DNA of 64,000 nucleotides from Candidatus Marinacidobacterium sp. (lineage in GTDB: Bacteria > Acidobacteriota > Vicinamibacteria > Marinacidobacterales > Marinacidobacteraceae). The stretch covers positions 1,056,001 to 1,120,000 of the forward strand of contig OZ242011.1 of the NCBI GenBank assembly GCA_965204755.1, in the 5' to 3' direction. Of this stretch, positions 51,443 to 61,530 are shown piece after piece. Positions within the stretch are counted from its first letter, which is position 1. Each line of letters opens with the position of its first letter. The notes beneath the pieces are model-generated. The model searched no databases and had not been told where the DNA came from. It saw nothing but the letters and a program-made list of their open reading frames with translations. Both the position numbers and the translations under genes were made by a program.

Positions 51443-52204
51443 CAGCCGGTCCGCGTAGGCGAGGCGGATCCCGTCGAGGGTCAGGCGCTCCTCCACCCGG
51501 TCCACGACGCCGGTCCACTCCGCCACCTGGCGGGCGAGGCCGCCGGTGGCGATCACCGGGTAGTCCTCGCCGATCTCCGCCTTCAGCAGCCGCACCATCT
51601 CCCGGACCATGCCGGTCCAGCCGTGCACCAGCCCCGAGCGGAGCGCGGCCACGGTGTGGGTGCCGATGACCCGCTTCGGGGGGGCGAGTTCCACCCGCGG
51701 CAGCCGCGCGGTGCGGCGGACGAGCGCCTCCGCCGAGACGCCGAGGCCGGGGGCGATCGCCCCGCCGCGGTACTCCCCGGCGGCGGAGATCACATCGAAG
51801 GTGAGCGCCGTGCCGGCGTCCAGCACGATGGCCGCGGTCCCGAACAGCCGGTGGACGGCCACCGTGTTGGCGATCCGGTCCGCCCCGGTCTCCTCCGGCG
51901 TGTCCACCGCCAGCCGGATTCCCCGGGCCGTCCGGTGGGTCAACTCGAAGAGGGCCTGCCCGAAGTGGCGCCCGGCCACCGCGCGGAGCGTCCCGGTGAC
52001 CGTCGGCACGACGCTCGCCGCCGCGACCCCGGCGATCCGGCCGCGGGCGACGGACACGCCGGCGAGCAGCGAGTCCAAGAGAGCCGCCAGTTCGTCCGGC
52101 AGCCGCTCCGGGGCGGTCGAGACCCGCCAGTCGCGCACCCAACTCCCGCCGTCGTGGAGCCCGACCGCGGTCTTGGTGTTTCCCACATCGAAGACGAGCA
52201 GCAT
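51431..52204 (-). CDS. coaX: Type III pantothenate kinase
   Basis: DVGNT, SVVP, GADR, DAGTA.TFD, GGAIAPG, ATGG. Confidence 0.93.
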   Translation of the reverse strand: MLLVFDVGNTKTAVGLHDGGSWVRDWRVSTAPERLPDELAALLDSLLAGVSVARGRIAGVAAASVVPTVTGTLRAVAGRHFGQALFELTHRTARGIRLAVDTPEETGADRIANTVAVHRLFGTAAIVLDAGTALTFDVISAAGEYRGGAIAPGLGVSAEALVRRTARLPRVELAPPKRVIGTHTVAALRSGLVHGWTGMVREMVRLLKAEIGEDYPVIATGGLARQVAEWTGVVDRVEERLTLDGIRLAYADRLSAD

Positions 52205-52276
52205 GGCGCGCCGGAAATGCTACCGGCGGCCGCCCGCCGCGTCCCGACGCCGGCCGTCGTCCATACTCCCGCGCCG

Positions 52277-53269
52277 ATGATCGCCCTCTCCGCCATCGAA
52301 GCCGCGCGCGGCCACATCCGGCCCTACGCCGTCCGGACGCCGCTCATCCGGCTCCGGCATCCGGCTGCCGGGGCCGACGAGATCTGGCTCAAGCCGGAGA
52401 ACCTGCAGCCCTTCGCCTCGTTCAAGATCCGGGCGGCGGCGGCGCTGTTCGCCGGGATCCCCGACGCAGACCTGGAGCGCGGCGTCATGACCGCGAGCGC
52501 CGGGAACTGGGCGCAGGCGGTGGCGTTCATGGCGCGGGAGCGCGGCGTCCCCTGCACGGTGGTCGTCCCGGAGACCTCGCCGGAGAACAAGCGCCGCTCC
52601 ATCGCCGCCCTCGGGGCCGAGATCGTGGTGGCGCCCTTCGCCGAGTGGTGGCAGGCCATCGTGACCCACTCCCACCCCGGCGTGGAAGCCCGGTTCGTCC
52701 ATCCCGTCGAGGAGGACGCGGTGATGGCCGGGAACGGCACGGCCGGCCTCGAAATCCTGGAGGACCTGCCGGAAGCGGACGCGGTGCTCGTCCCGTTCGG
52801 CGGCGGCGGGCTCAGTTGCGGCATCGCCTCGGCGCTGCGGCAGCGGGGCTCCGACGCGAAGGTCTATCCGGTGGAGGTCTCCACTTCGGCGAAGGTCGCG
52901 GCGGCCGTCGCCGGGGGCGGCCCGGTCTGGATCGACACCGAGCCCAGTTTCGTGGACGGGATCGGCGGCAACACGGTGCTCGACCCGATGTGGCCGTTGG
53001 TGGAGGAACTCCTGGCAGAGCCCCTCGCCGCCACCCCGGACGAGGCCGCCGAAGCCGTCCGCGTCCTCGCCGGCAGCGCCCGGATCGTGGCCGAAGGCGC
53101 CGGGGCCTGCCCGGTCGCCGTCGCGTTCGCCGACCGCGTACCCCGCGCCGGGAAGGGCGCGTCGGGAGGTCGGCCGCGGAAGATCGTGTGCGTCGTCTCC
53201 GGCGGGAACCTGGAGCCCTCGGTCTTCTCCCGCATCCTCGCCGGGGAGACGCCGCCCACCGCGCGGTAG
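52277..53269 (+). CDS. PLP-dependent threonine/serine dehydratase-family enzyme
   Basis: RTPL, KPENLQPFASFKIR, ASAGNW, PFGGGGL, VSGGN. Confidence 0.85.
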   Translation: MIALSAIEAARGHIRPYAVRTPLIRLRHPAAGADEIWLKPENLQPFASFKIRAAAALFAGIPDADLERGVMTASAGNWAQAVAFMARERGVPCTVVVPETSPENKRRSIAALGAEIVVAPFAEWWQAIVTHSHPGVEARFVHPVEEDAVMAGNGTAGLEILEDLPEADAVLVPFGGGGLSCGIASALRQRGSDAKVYPVEVSTSAKVAAAVAGGGPVWIDTEPSFVDGIGGNTVLDPMWPLVEELLAEPLAATPDEAAEAVRVLAGSARIVAEGAGACPVAVAFADRVPRAGKGASGGRPRKIVCVVSGGNLEPSVFSRILAGETPPTAR

Positions 53270-53273
53270 GCCT

Positions 53274-53296
53274 GCGGGGGCCGCGCGCGGCCCCGC
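53274..53296. terminator. GC hairpin between convergent genes (possible bidirectional terminator)
   Basis: GCGGGG(G)CCGC...GCGGCCCCGC; no U-tract. Confidence 0.35.
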
Positions 53297-53300
53297 GAAG

Positions 53301-56009
<2,709 letters not shown>

Positions 56010-56189
56010 GACGGTGGGTTTCCGCGTTCGCTCCGACGGCGACCCGGCCCGGCGGAGGCGAACCGGGGAGGATAACGGTCGGCCCCTTCGCCGCCGCCCC
56101 GGCGAACCCGTACCGTAGGATCGTCGTAAGGGGGGATGGCCCGCTCGGGCGCGACCGCGCAACCGGGCCGGAAAGGACAACCGCGCGCC

Positions 56190-57092
56190 ATGACCAACGA
56201 CGAAGAGACCGGCCGGAAGACCGACGCCGCAGCCAACGAGGCGCCGGAAGACGCGGCCCCGGAAGCCGCCGGCGCCGCCGCTCCCCCGCCCCCTCCCCCG
56301 GCGGACGCCGGCCCTCCGCCCCCGCCTCCCGACCTCGAGCCTTCCGCCGGCCGGCGGAAGGGGACCGGGTTCGACCTCGGCTACCTGTTCTCCTTCTTCT
56401 TCCGGGACCCGCGGGTCGTGCCGAAACTCCTCTTCGGCTGCCTCGCCTTCCTGTTCATCCCGGTGCTGGGCATCGGCCTCGTCGCCCTCGCCGGCTACTC
56501 GCTGGCCACTGCCCGGGGCGCGCTGCGGGGCGACGAGCACCCCATGGCGGAGTGGGACGACCTCGGCGCCATCCTGCTGGACGGCCTCAAGGTCGCGGTC
56601 GTCGTCCTCGCCTACTCCGCCGCCGGGGCGGTCGCCGGAATCTGCTTCCTGGGGTTCACCGCGCTGTGGGTCGCCATCGGCGAATCCGTCGGCTCCCCGG
56701 CCGTCGTGATCCTCTCGGTCTTCGGAGTGGTCGTCACCCTGTTCTTCGTGTCCTTCCTGGTGCTGGTGCTCAAGGGCCTCCTCCCCGTCGGCCTGCTGCG
56801 CCTGGCGGCGACCGACCGGCTGGGCGACGCCTTCCGCCTCAGCGGGCACCTCAGGCTGATCCAGGCGCACCTGGGGACCTTCTTCTTCCTCCTGCTGTCC
56901 CTGATCCTGTTCCACATCCTCTCGGAGGCGACGGTCCTGCTCTGCATCATCGGCATCGTCCCCGGAGTCTTCTGGGGCGCCGCCGCCTCCGGCGCCGCCA
57001 TCGGCCACGCCGGCCGCCTGATGGGCGTCCGCGTGGCCGCCGCCGCGCCGGACCGGTTGCCCGCTCCCCCCGCCGCGCCCGCCTCTTCCTGA
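56190..57092 (+). CDS. DUF4013-like membrane protein
   Basis: F.FRDP...KLLFG...IPVLG...GY...EWDD...DGLK; several TM helices. Confidence 0.7.
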   Translation: MTNDEETGRKTDAAANEAPEDAAPEAAGAAAPPPPPPADAGPPPPPPDLEPSAGRRKGTGFDLGYLFSFFFRDPRVVPKLLFGCLAFLFIPVLGIGLVALAGYSLATARGALRGDEHPMAEWDDLGAILLDGLKVAVVVLAYSAAGAVAGICFLGFTALWVAIGESVGSPAVVILSVFGVVVTLFFVSFLVLVLKGLLPVGLLRLAATDRLGDAFRLSGHLRLIQAHLGTFFFLLLSLILFHILSEATVLLCIIGIVPGVFWGAAASGAAIGHAGRLMGVRVAAAAPDRLPAPPAAPASS

Positions 57093-57100
57093 GTTCCACC

Positions 57101-57132
57101 CGGCGCCCTCCCGCCGGACCGGGAGGGCGTCG
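57101..57132 (+). terminator. 13-bp hairpin between the membrane protein gene and the Uma2 array
   Basis: CGGCGCCCTCCCG-ccggac-CGGGAGGGCGTCG; no U-tract. Confidence 0.45.
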
Positions 57133-57237
57133 CGCGAGACGCCGCGTTCTTCCGAGGCGGAGCCCCGGCGAATGCCGACGGCGGCCCGCCGCCCGATCAT
57201 CGCGGCGCTACCCTTCGGAGACTTCGGAGGAGCATCG

Positions 57238-58056
57238 GTGACGGAGACGAGCACGAGTTTCGTCGGGCCGCTCGGCTCGACGATCCACCACCTGCGCGCG
57301 GACGCGGCGACCGTGGCCGCCCTCGCCGGGCTGGACTGGACCGAGGGGTTCCGGCGGGTATGCCTCGACCCGGTGCGGGGAGTGGTGGTCCTCATGACCC
57401 CTTCGCGCCTCCACGAGGGCCTGACCGGGGTCTTCGACGACATCGTGGACTACGCGGCGGACGCGCTGGGCCGCGCCTCGACCAAACTCCGGAGCGTTCG
57501 CCTGCGCGGAAAAGGGGAGCCCCCGGGCACCGGCATGGAACCGGACTGCTCCTTCTATGTGGGGGAGCGCGCCCGCGCCTACCTCGAGGCCCTGGCCGAG
57601 AGCGAGAGAGCGGCGGACGCCTTCCTCGAGGAGAACGGCCCGGACCTCGTCGTCGAAGTCGAGATCACCCACGCCGATGCGGGCAAGATCGATCGCTACG
57701 CCGACCTGGGCGCGCGGGAGTTCTGGCAACTGCGCGGCAAGCGCGGGGAGAAGACGCTCCGGGCGGACTTCCTGGCGCTCCGCCGGGGAGCAGCGCCGCG
57801 TCCGCTGGAGGCTTCGGAAGTCCTGCCGGGGCTCACTTCGTCCGATGTCTGTCAAGCGGTCGAAGGCGTTCGACGGAGCCCGAGCCTTCGCAAACGCATG
57901 GAGGCGGTGGCCCGCATCGTCCGGCGCCGGCAGCAGAAGAGCATCCGGCTGCGCGAGGAACGGACCCCCTACGGGGAGGCGCCGGCCGTCGGCGAGCCGG
58001 CCGGCCCCGCAGTCGGCGCCATCCCGCTCGAAGGCCTGAGCACCGAGGAGCCCTGA
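57238..58056 (+). CDS. Uma2/DUF820-like putative endonuclease, copy 1
   Basis: [37 protein letters not shown]; GTG start after GGAGGAG and a TACCCT -10 at 57209. Confidence 0.85.
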   Translation: MTETSTSFVGPLGSTIHHLRADAATVAALAGLDWTEGFRRVCLDPVRGVVVLMTPSRLHEGLTGVFDDIVDYAADALGRASTKLRSVRLRGKGEPPGTGMEPDCSFYVGERARAYLEALAESERAADAFLEENGPDLVVEVEITHADAGKIDRYADLGAREFWQLRGKRGEKTLRADFLALRRGAAPRPLEASEVLPGLTSSDVCQAVEGVRRSPSLRKRMEAVARIVRRRQQKSIRLREERTPYGEAPAVGEPAGPAVGAIPLEGLSTEEP

Positions 58057-58874
58057 TGGCCGAGACGAGCACGAGTTTCGTCGGACCGCTGGGTTCGACG
58101 ATCTACCACCTCCGGGCGGACGCCGACACCGTGGCCGCCCTCGCCGGGCTCGACTGGACGAGCCGCTTCCGCCGCGTGTGGCTCGACCCGGTGGGAGGGA
58201 TCGTCGTCCTCATGTCCCCGTCGTCCCTCCACGAAGGCCTGACCGGAATCTTCGACGACATCGTGGACGCCGCGGCGGACGCGCTGGGCCGCGCCTCCGC
58301 CAAACTTCGGAGCGTTCGCCTGCGCGGGAAAGAGGCGCCGCCCGGCACGGGCGTGGAGCCGGACTGCTCCTTCTATGTGGGAGAACGCGCCCGCGCCTAT
58401 CTCGACGCCTTGGCCGAAAGCCAGAAAGCGGCGGACGCCTTCCTCGAGGAGAACGGCCCGGACCTCGTCGTCGAAGTCGAGATCACCCACGCCGACGAGG
58501 GCAAGATCGACCGGTACGCCGACCTGGGCGTGCGGGAGTTCTGGCAACTGCGCGGCAAGCGCGGAGAGAAGACGCTCCGGGCGGACTTCCTGGCGCTCCG
58601 CCGGGGAGCGGCGCCGCATCCGCTGGAAGTGTCCGAGGTCCTGCCGGGGCTCACTCCGTCCGATGTCTGCGAAGCGGTCGAAGGCGTTCGACGGAGCCCG
58701 GGCCTTCGCAAACGCATAGAGGCGGTCGCCCGCATCGTCCGGCGCCGTCAACAGCGGAGCATCCGGCTGCGCGAGGAACGGGCCCCCTACGGGGAGGCGC
58801 CGACCGTCGGCGAGCCGGCCGGTCCCGCAGTCGGCGCCATCCCGCTCGAGGGCCTGAGCACCGAAGACCCCTGA
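58056..58874 (+). CDS. Uma2/DUF820-like putative endonuclease, copy 2
   Basis: Same motifs; TGATG coupling with copy 1. Confidence 0.85.
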   Translation: MAETSTSFVGPLGSTIYHLRADADTVAALAGLDWTSRFRRVWLDPVGGIVVLMSPSSLHEGLTGIFDDIVDAAADALGRASAKLRSVRLRGKEAPPGTGVEPDCSFYVGERARAYLDALAESQKAADAFLEENGPDLVVEVEITHADEGKIDRYADLGVREFWQLRGKRGEKTLRADFLALRRGAAPHPLEVSEVLPGLTPSDVCEAVEGVRRSPGLRKRIEAVARIVRRRQQRSIRLREERAPYGEAPTVGEPAGPAVGAIPLEGLSTEDP

Positions 58875-59695
58875 TGACCGGACTGAGCACGAGTTTCGTC
58901 GGACCGCTGGGTTCGACGATCTACCACCTCAAGGCGGACGCCGACACCGTGGCCGCCCTCGCCGGGCTGGACTGGACGAGCCGGTTCCGCCGCGTGTGGC
59001 TCGACCCGGTTGGAGGGATCGTCGTCCTCATGTCCCCGTCGCACCTCCACGAAGACCTGACCGGGGTGTTCGACGACATCGTGGACGCCGCGGCGAGCGT
59101 CCTGGGCCGCGCCTCGAAGAAACTCCGGAGCGTTCGGCTGCGCGGGAAAGGGGAGCCCCCGGGCACCGGCATGGAACCGGACTGCTCCTTCTATGTGGGG
59201 GAGCGCGCCCGCGCCTACCTCGAGGCCCTGGCCGAGAGCGAGAAGGCCGCGGACGCCTTCCTCGAAGAGAACGGCCCGGACCTGGTCGTCGAAGTCGAGA
59301 TCACCCACGCCGACGAGGGCAAGATCGACCGATACTCCGACCTGGGCGTCCGGGAGTTCTGGCAACTGCGCGGCAAGCGCGGGGAGAAGACGCTCCGGGC
59401 GGACTTCCTGGCGCTCCGCCGTGGAGCGGCGCCGCATCCGCTGGAGGCGTCGAAGGTTCTGCCGGGGCTCACTCCGTCCGATGTCTGCGAAGCCGTCGAA
59501 GGCGTCCGACGGAGCGGGGGCCGCCGCGAACGCACGGAGGCGGTGGCGAGCATCGTCCGTCGCCGTCAACAGCGGAGCATCCGGCTGCGCGAGGAACGAG
59601 CCCCCTACGGGGAGGCGCCGGCCGTCGGCGAGCCGGCCTGCGCCGCAGTCGGCGCCATCCCGCTCGAGGGGCTGAGCACCGAAGACCCCCGATGA
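58874..59695 (+). CDS. Uma2/DUF820-like putative endonuclease, copy 3
   Basis: Same motifs; TGATG coupling with copy 2. Confidence 0.85.
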   Translation: MTGLSTSFVGPLGSTIYHLKADADTVAALAGLDWTSRFRRVWLDPVGGIVVLMSPSHLHEDLTGVFDDIVDAAASVLGRASKKLRSVRLRGKGEPPGTGMEPDCSFYVGERARAYLEALAESEKAADAFLEENGPDLVVEVEITHADEGKIDRYSDLGVREFWQLRGKRGEKTLRADFLALRRGAAPHPLEASKVLPGLTPSDVCEAVEGVRRSGGRRERTEAVASIVRRRQQRSIRLREERAPYGEAPAVGEPACAAVGAIPLEGLSTEDPR

Positions 59696-60507
59696 CCGGA
59701 CTGAGCACGAGTTTCGTCGGACCGCTGGGTTCGACGATCTACCACCTCCGGGCGGACGCCGACACGGTGGCCGCCCTCGCCGGGCTCGACTGGACGAGCC
59801 GCTTCCGCCGCGTGTGGCTCGACCCGGTGGGAGGGATCGTCGTCCTCATGTCCCCGTCGTCCCTCCACGAAGGCCTGACCCGGGTCTTCGACGACATCGT
59901 GGCCGCCGCGGCGGACGCGCTGGGCCGCGCCTCGACCAAACTCGGGAGCGTTCGCCTGCGCGGGCAAGGGGCGCCCGGCACGGGCATGGAGCCGGACTGC
60001 TCCTTCTATGTGGGAGAACGCGCCCGCGCCTATCTCGGGGCGTTGGCCGAGAGCCAGGAGGCGGCGGACGCCTTCCTCGAGGAGAACGGCCCGGACCTCG
60101 TCGTCGAGGTCGAGATCACCCACGCCGACGAGGGCAAGATCGGCCGTTACTCCGACTTGGGCGTCCGGGAGTTCTGGCGTCTCCACGGCAAGCACGGAGA
60201 GAAGACGCTCCGGGCGGACTTCCTGGCGCTCCGCCGGGGAGCGCCGCCGCATCCGCTGGAGGCGTCGGAGGTCCTGCCGGGGCTCACTCCGTCCGATGTC
60301 TGCCAAGCCGTCGAGCGCGTCCGCCTGAGCCCCGACCATCGCGAACGGACGGAGGCGGTCGCCCGCATCGTCCGGCGCCGCCGGCAGCAGAGCATCCGGC
60401 TGCGCGAGGAACGGGCCCCCTACGGGGAGGCGCCGGCGGTCGGCGAGCCGGCCGGCGCCGCAGTCGGAGCCATCCCGTTCGAAGGCCTGAGCACCGAGGA
60501 CCCCTGA
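59692..60507 (+). CDS. Uma2/DUF820-like putative endonuclease, copy 4
   Basis: Same motifs; ATGA coupling with copy 3; one-codon deletion near GAPGTG. Confidence 0.85.
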   Translation: MTGLSTSFVGPLGSTIYHLRADADTVAALAGLDWTSRFRRVWLDPVGGIVVLMSPSSLHEGLTRVFDDIVAAAADALGRASTKLGSVRLRGQGAPGTGMEPDCSFYVGERARAYLGALAESQEAADAFLEENGPDLVVEVEITHADEGKIGRYSDLGVREFWRLHGKHGEKTLRADFLALRRGAPPHPLEASEVLPGLTPSDVCQAVERVRLSPDHRERTEAVARIVRRRRQQSIRLREERAPYGEAPAVGEPAGAAVGAIPFEGLSTEDP

Positions 60508-61322
60508 TGCCCGGATCGAGCACGAGTTTCGTCGGACCGCTGGGTTCGACGATCTACCACCTGCGCGCGGATACGGCGACCGTGGCCGCCCTCGCCGGTC
60601 TGGACTGGACGGAGGGGTTTCGGCGGGTGTGCCTCGACCCGGTGCGGGGAGTGGTGGTCCTCATGACCCCTTCGCGCCTCCACGAAGGCCTGACCGGGGT
60701 CTTCAACGACATCGTGGACGCCGCGGCCGACGCGCTGGGCCGCGCCTCGACCAAACTCGGGAGCGTTCGCCTGCGCGGGAAAGGGGATCCCCCGGGCACG
60801 GGTATGGAGCCGGACTGCTCCTTCTATGTGGGCGAACGGGCCCGCGCCTACCTCGAGGCCTCCGCCGAGAGCGAGAAGGCAGCGGACGCCTTCGTCGAGG
60901 AGAACGGCCCGGACCTCGTCGTCGAAGTCGAAATCACCCACGCCGACGAGGGCAAGATCGCCCGTTACGCCGACTTGGGCGTCCGGGAGTTCTGGCGCCT
61001 CCGCGGCAAGCACGGAGAGAAGACGCTCCGGGCGGATTTCCTGGCTCCGGACCGGGGAGCTGCACCGCATCGGTTGGAGGCGTCGGAAGTCCTGCCGGGG
61101 CTCACGCCGTCCGATGTCTGCCAAGCGGTCGAAGGCGTTCGACGAAGCCCGAGCCTTCGCAAACGCATGGAGGCGGTCGCCCGCATCGTCCGGCGCCGCC
61201 GCCAGCAGAGCATCCGGCTGCGCGAGGAACGGGCCCCCTACGGGGATGCGGCGGTCGGCGAGCCGGCCGGCGCCGCAGTCGGAGCCATCCCGCTCGAAGG
61301 CCTGAGCACCGAGGACCCCTGA
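60507..61322 (+). CDS. Uma2/DUF820-like putative endonuclease, copy 5
   Basis: Same motifs; TGATG coupling with copy 4. Confidence 0.85.
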   Translation: MPGSSTSFVGPLGSTIYHLRADTATVAALAGLDWTEGFRRVCLDPVRGVVVLMTPSRLHEGLTGVFNDIVDAAADALGRASTKLGSVRLRGKGDPPGTGMEPDCSFYVGERARAYLEASAESEKAADAFVEENGPDLVVEVEITHADEGKIARYADLGVREFWRLRGKHGEKTLRADFLAPDRGAAPHRLEASEVLPGLTPSDVCQAVEGVRRSPSLRKRMEAVARIVRRRRQQSIRLREERAPYGDAAVGEPAGAAVGAIPLEGLSTEDP

Positions 61323-61530
61323 CCGCGGGCGCGGCCCGAGTCTCGTCGGGCCGCCCGCCTCGAAGGCGGCGCGTTCGAGGCCCGGTTCGGCTACGGCCTC
61401 CCCGCCGGCTGCTTCCCCGGCGTCTTCACCCCGCTCGGCGACGACGACGCCAACGACGGCCGGATACGGAATGCCGCCGGGTGTCCGCTACGGCGACCCC
61501 GACGCGACGACGCTCGCCGACCGCACCGGT

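Larger units (their letters stand above)
57238..61363 (+). repeat. Tandem gene array: five units (periods 818, 818, 818, 815 bp) plus a degenerate 27-bp sixth start
   Basis: Start codons at 57238, 58056, 58874, 59692, 60507; 61337-61363 matches 57254-57280 at 24/27 nt. Confidence 0.95.

Noticed and set aside
57360-60507. ~503-aa versions of Uma2 copies 2-5
   Set aside because: Their N-terminal halves are off-frame read-through of the preceding copy; true starts are the coupled ATGs.
57238-61322. Array as CRISPR, IS copies or DGR
   Set aside because: Units are whole genes with no repeat-spacer pattern, terminal inverted repeats or transposase motifs; no RT in the window and differences are not adenine-restricted.
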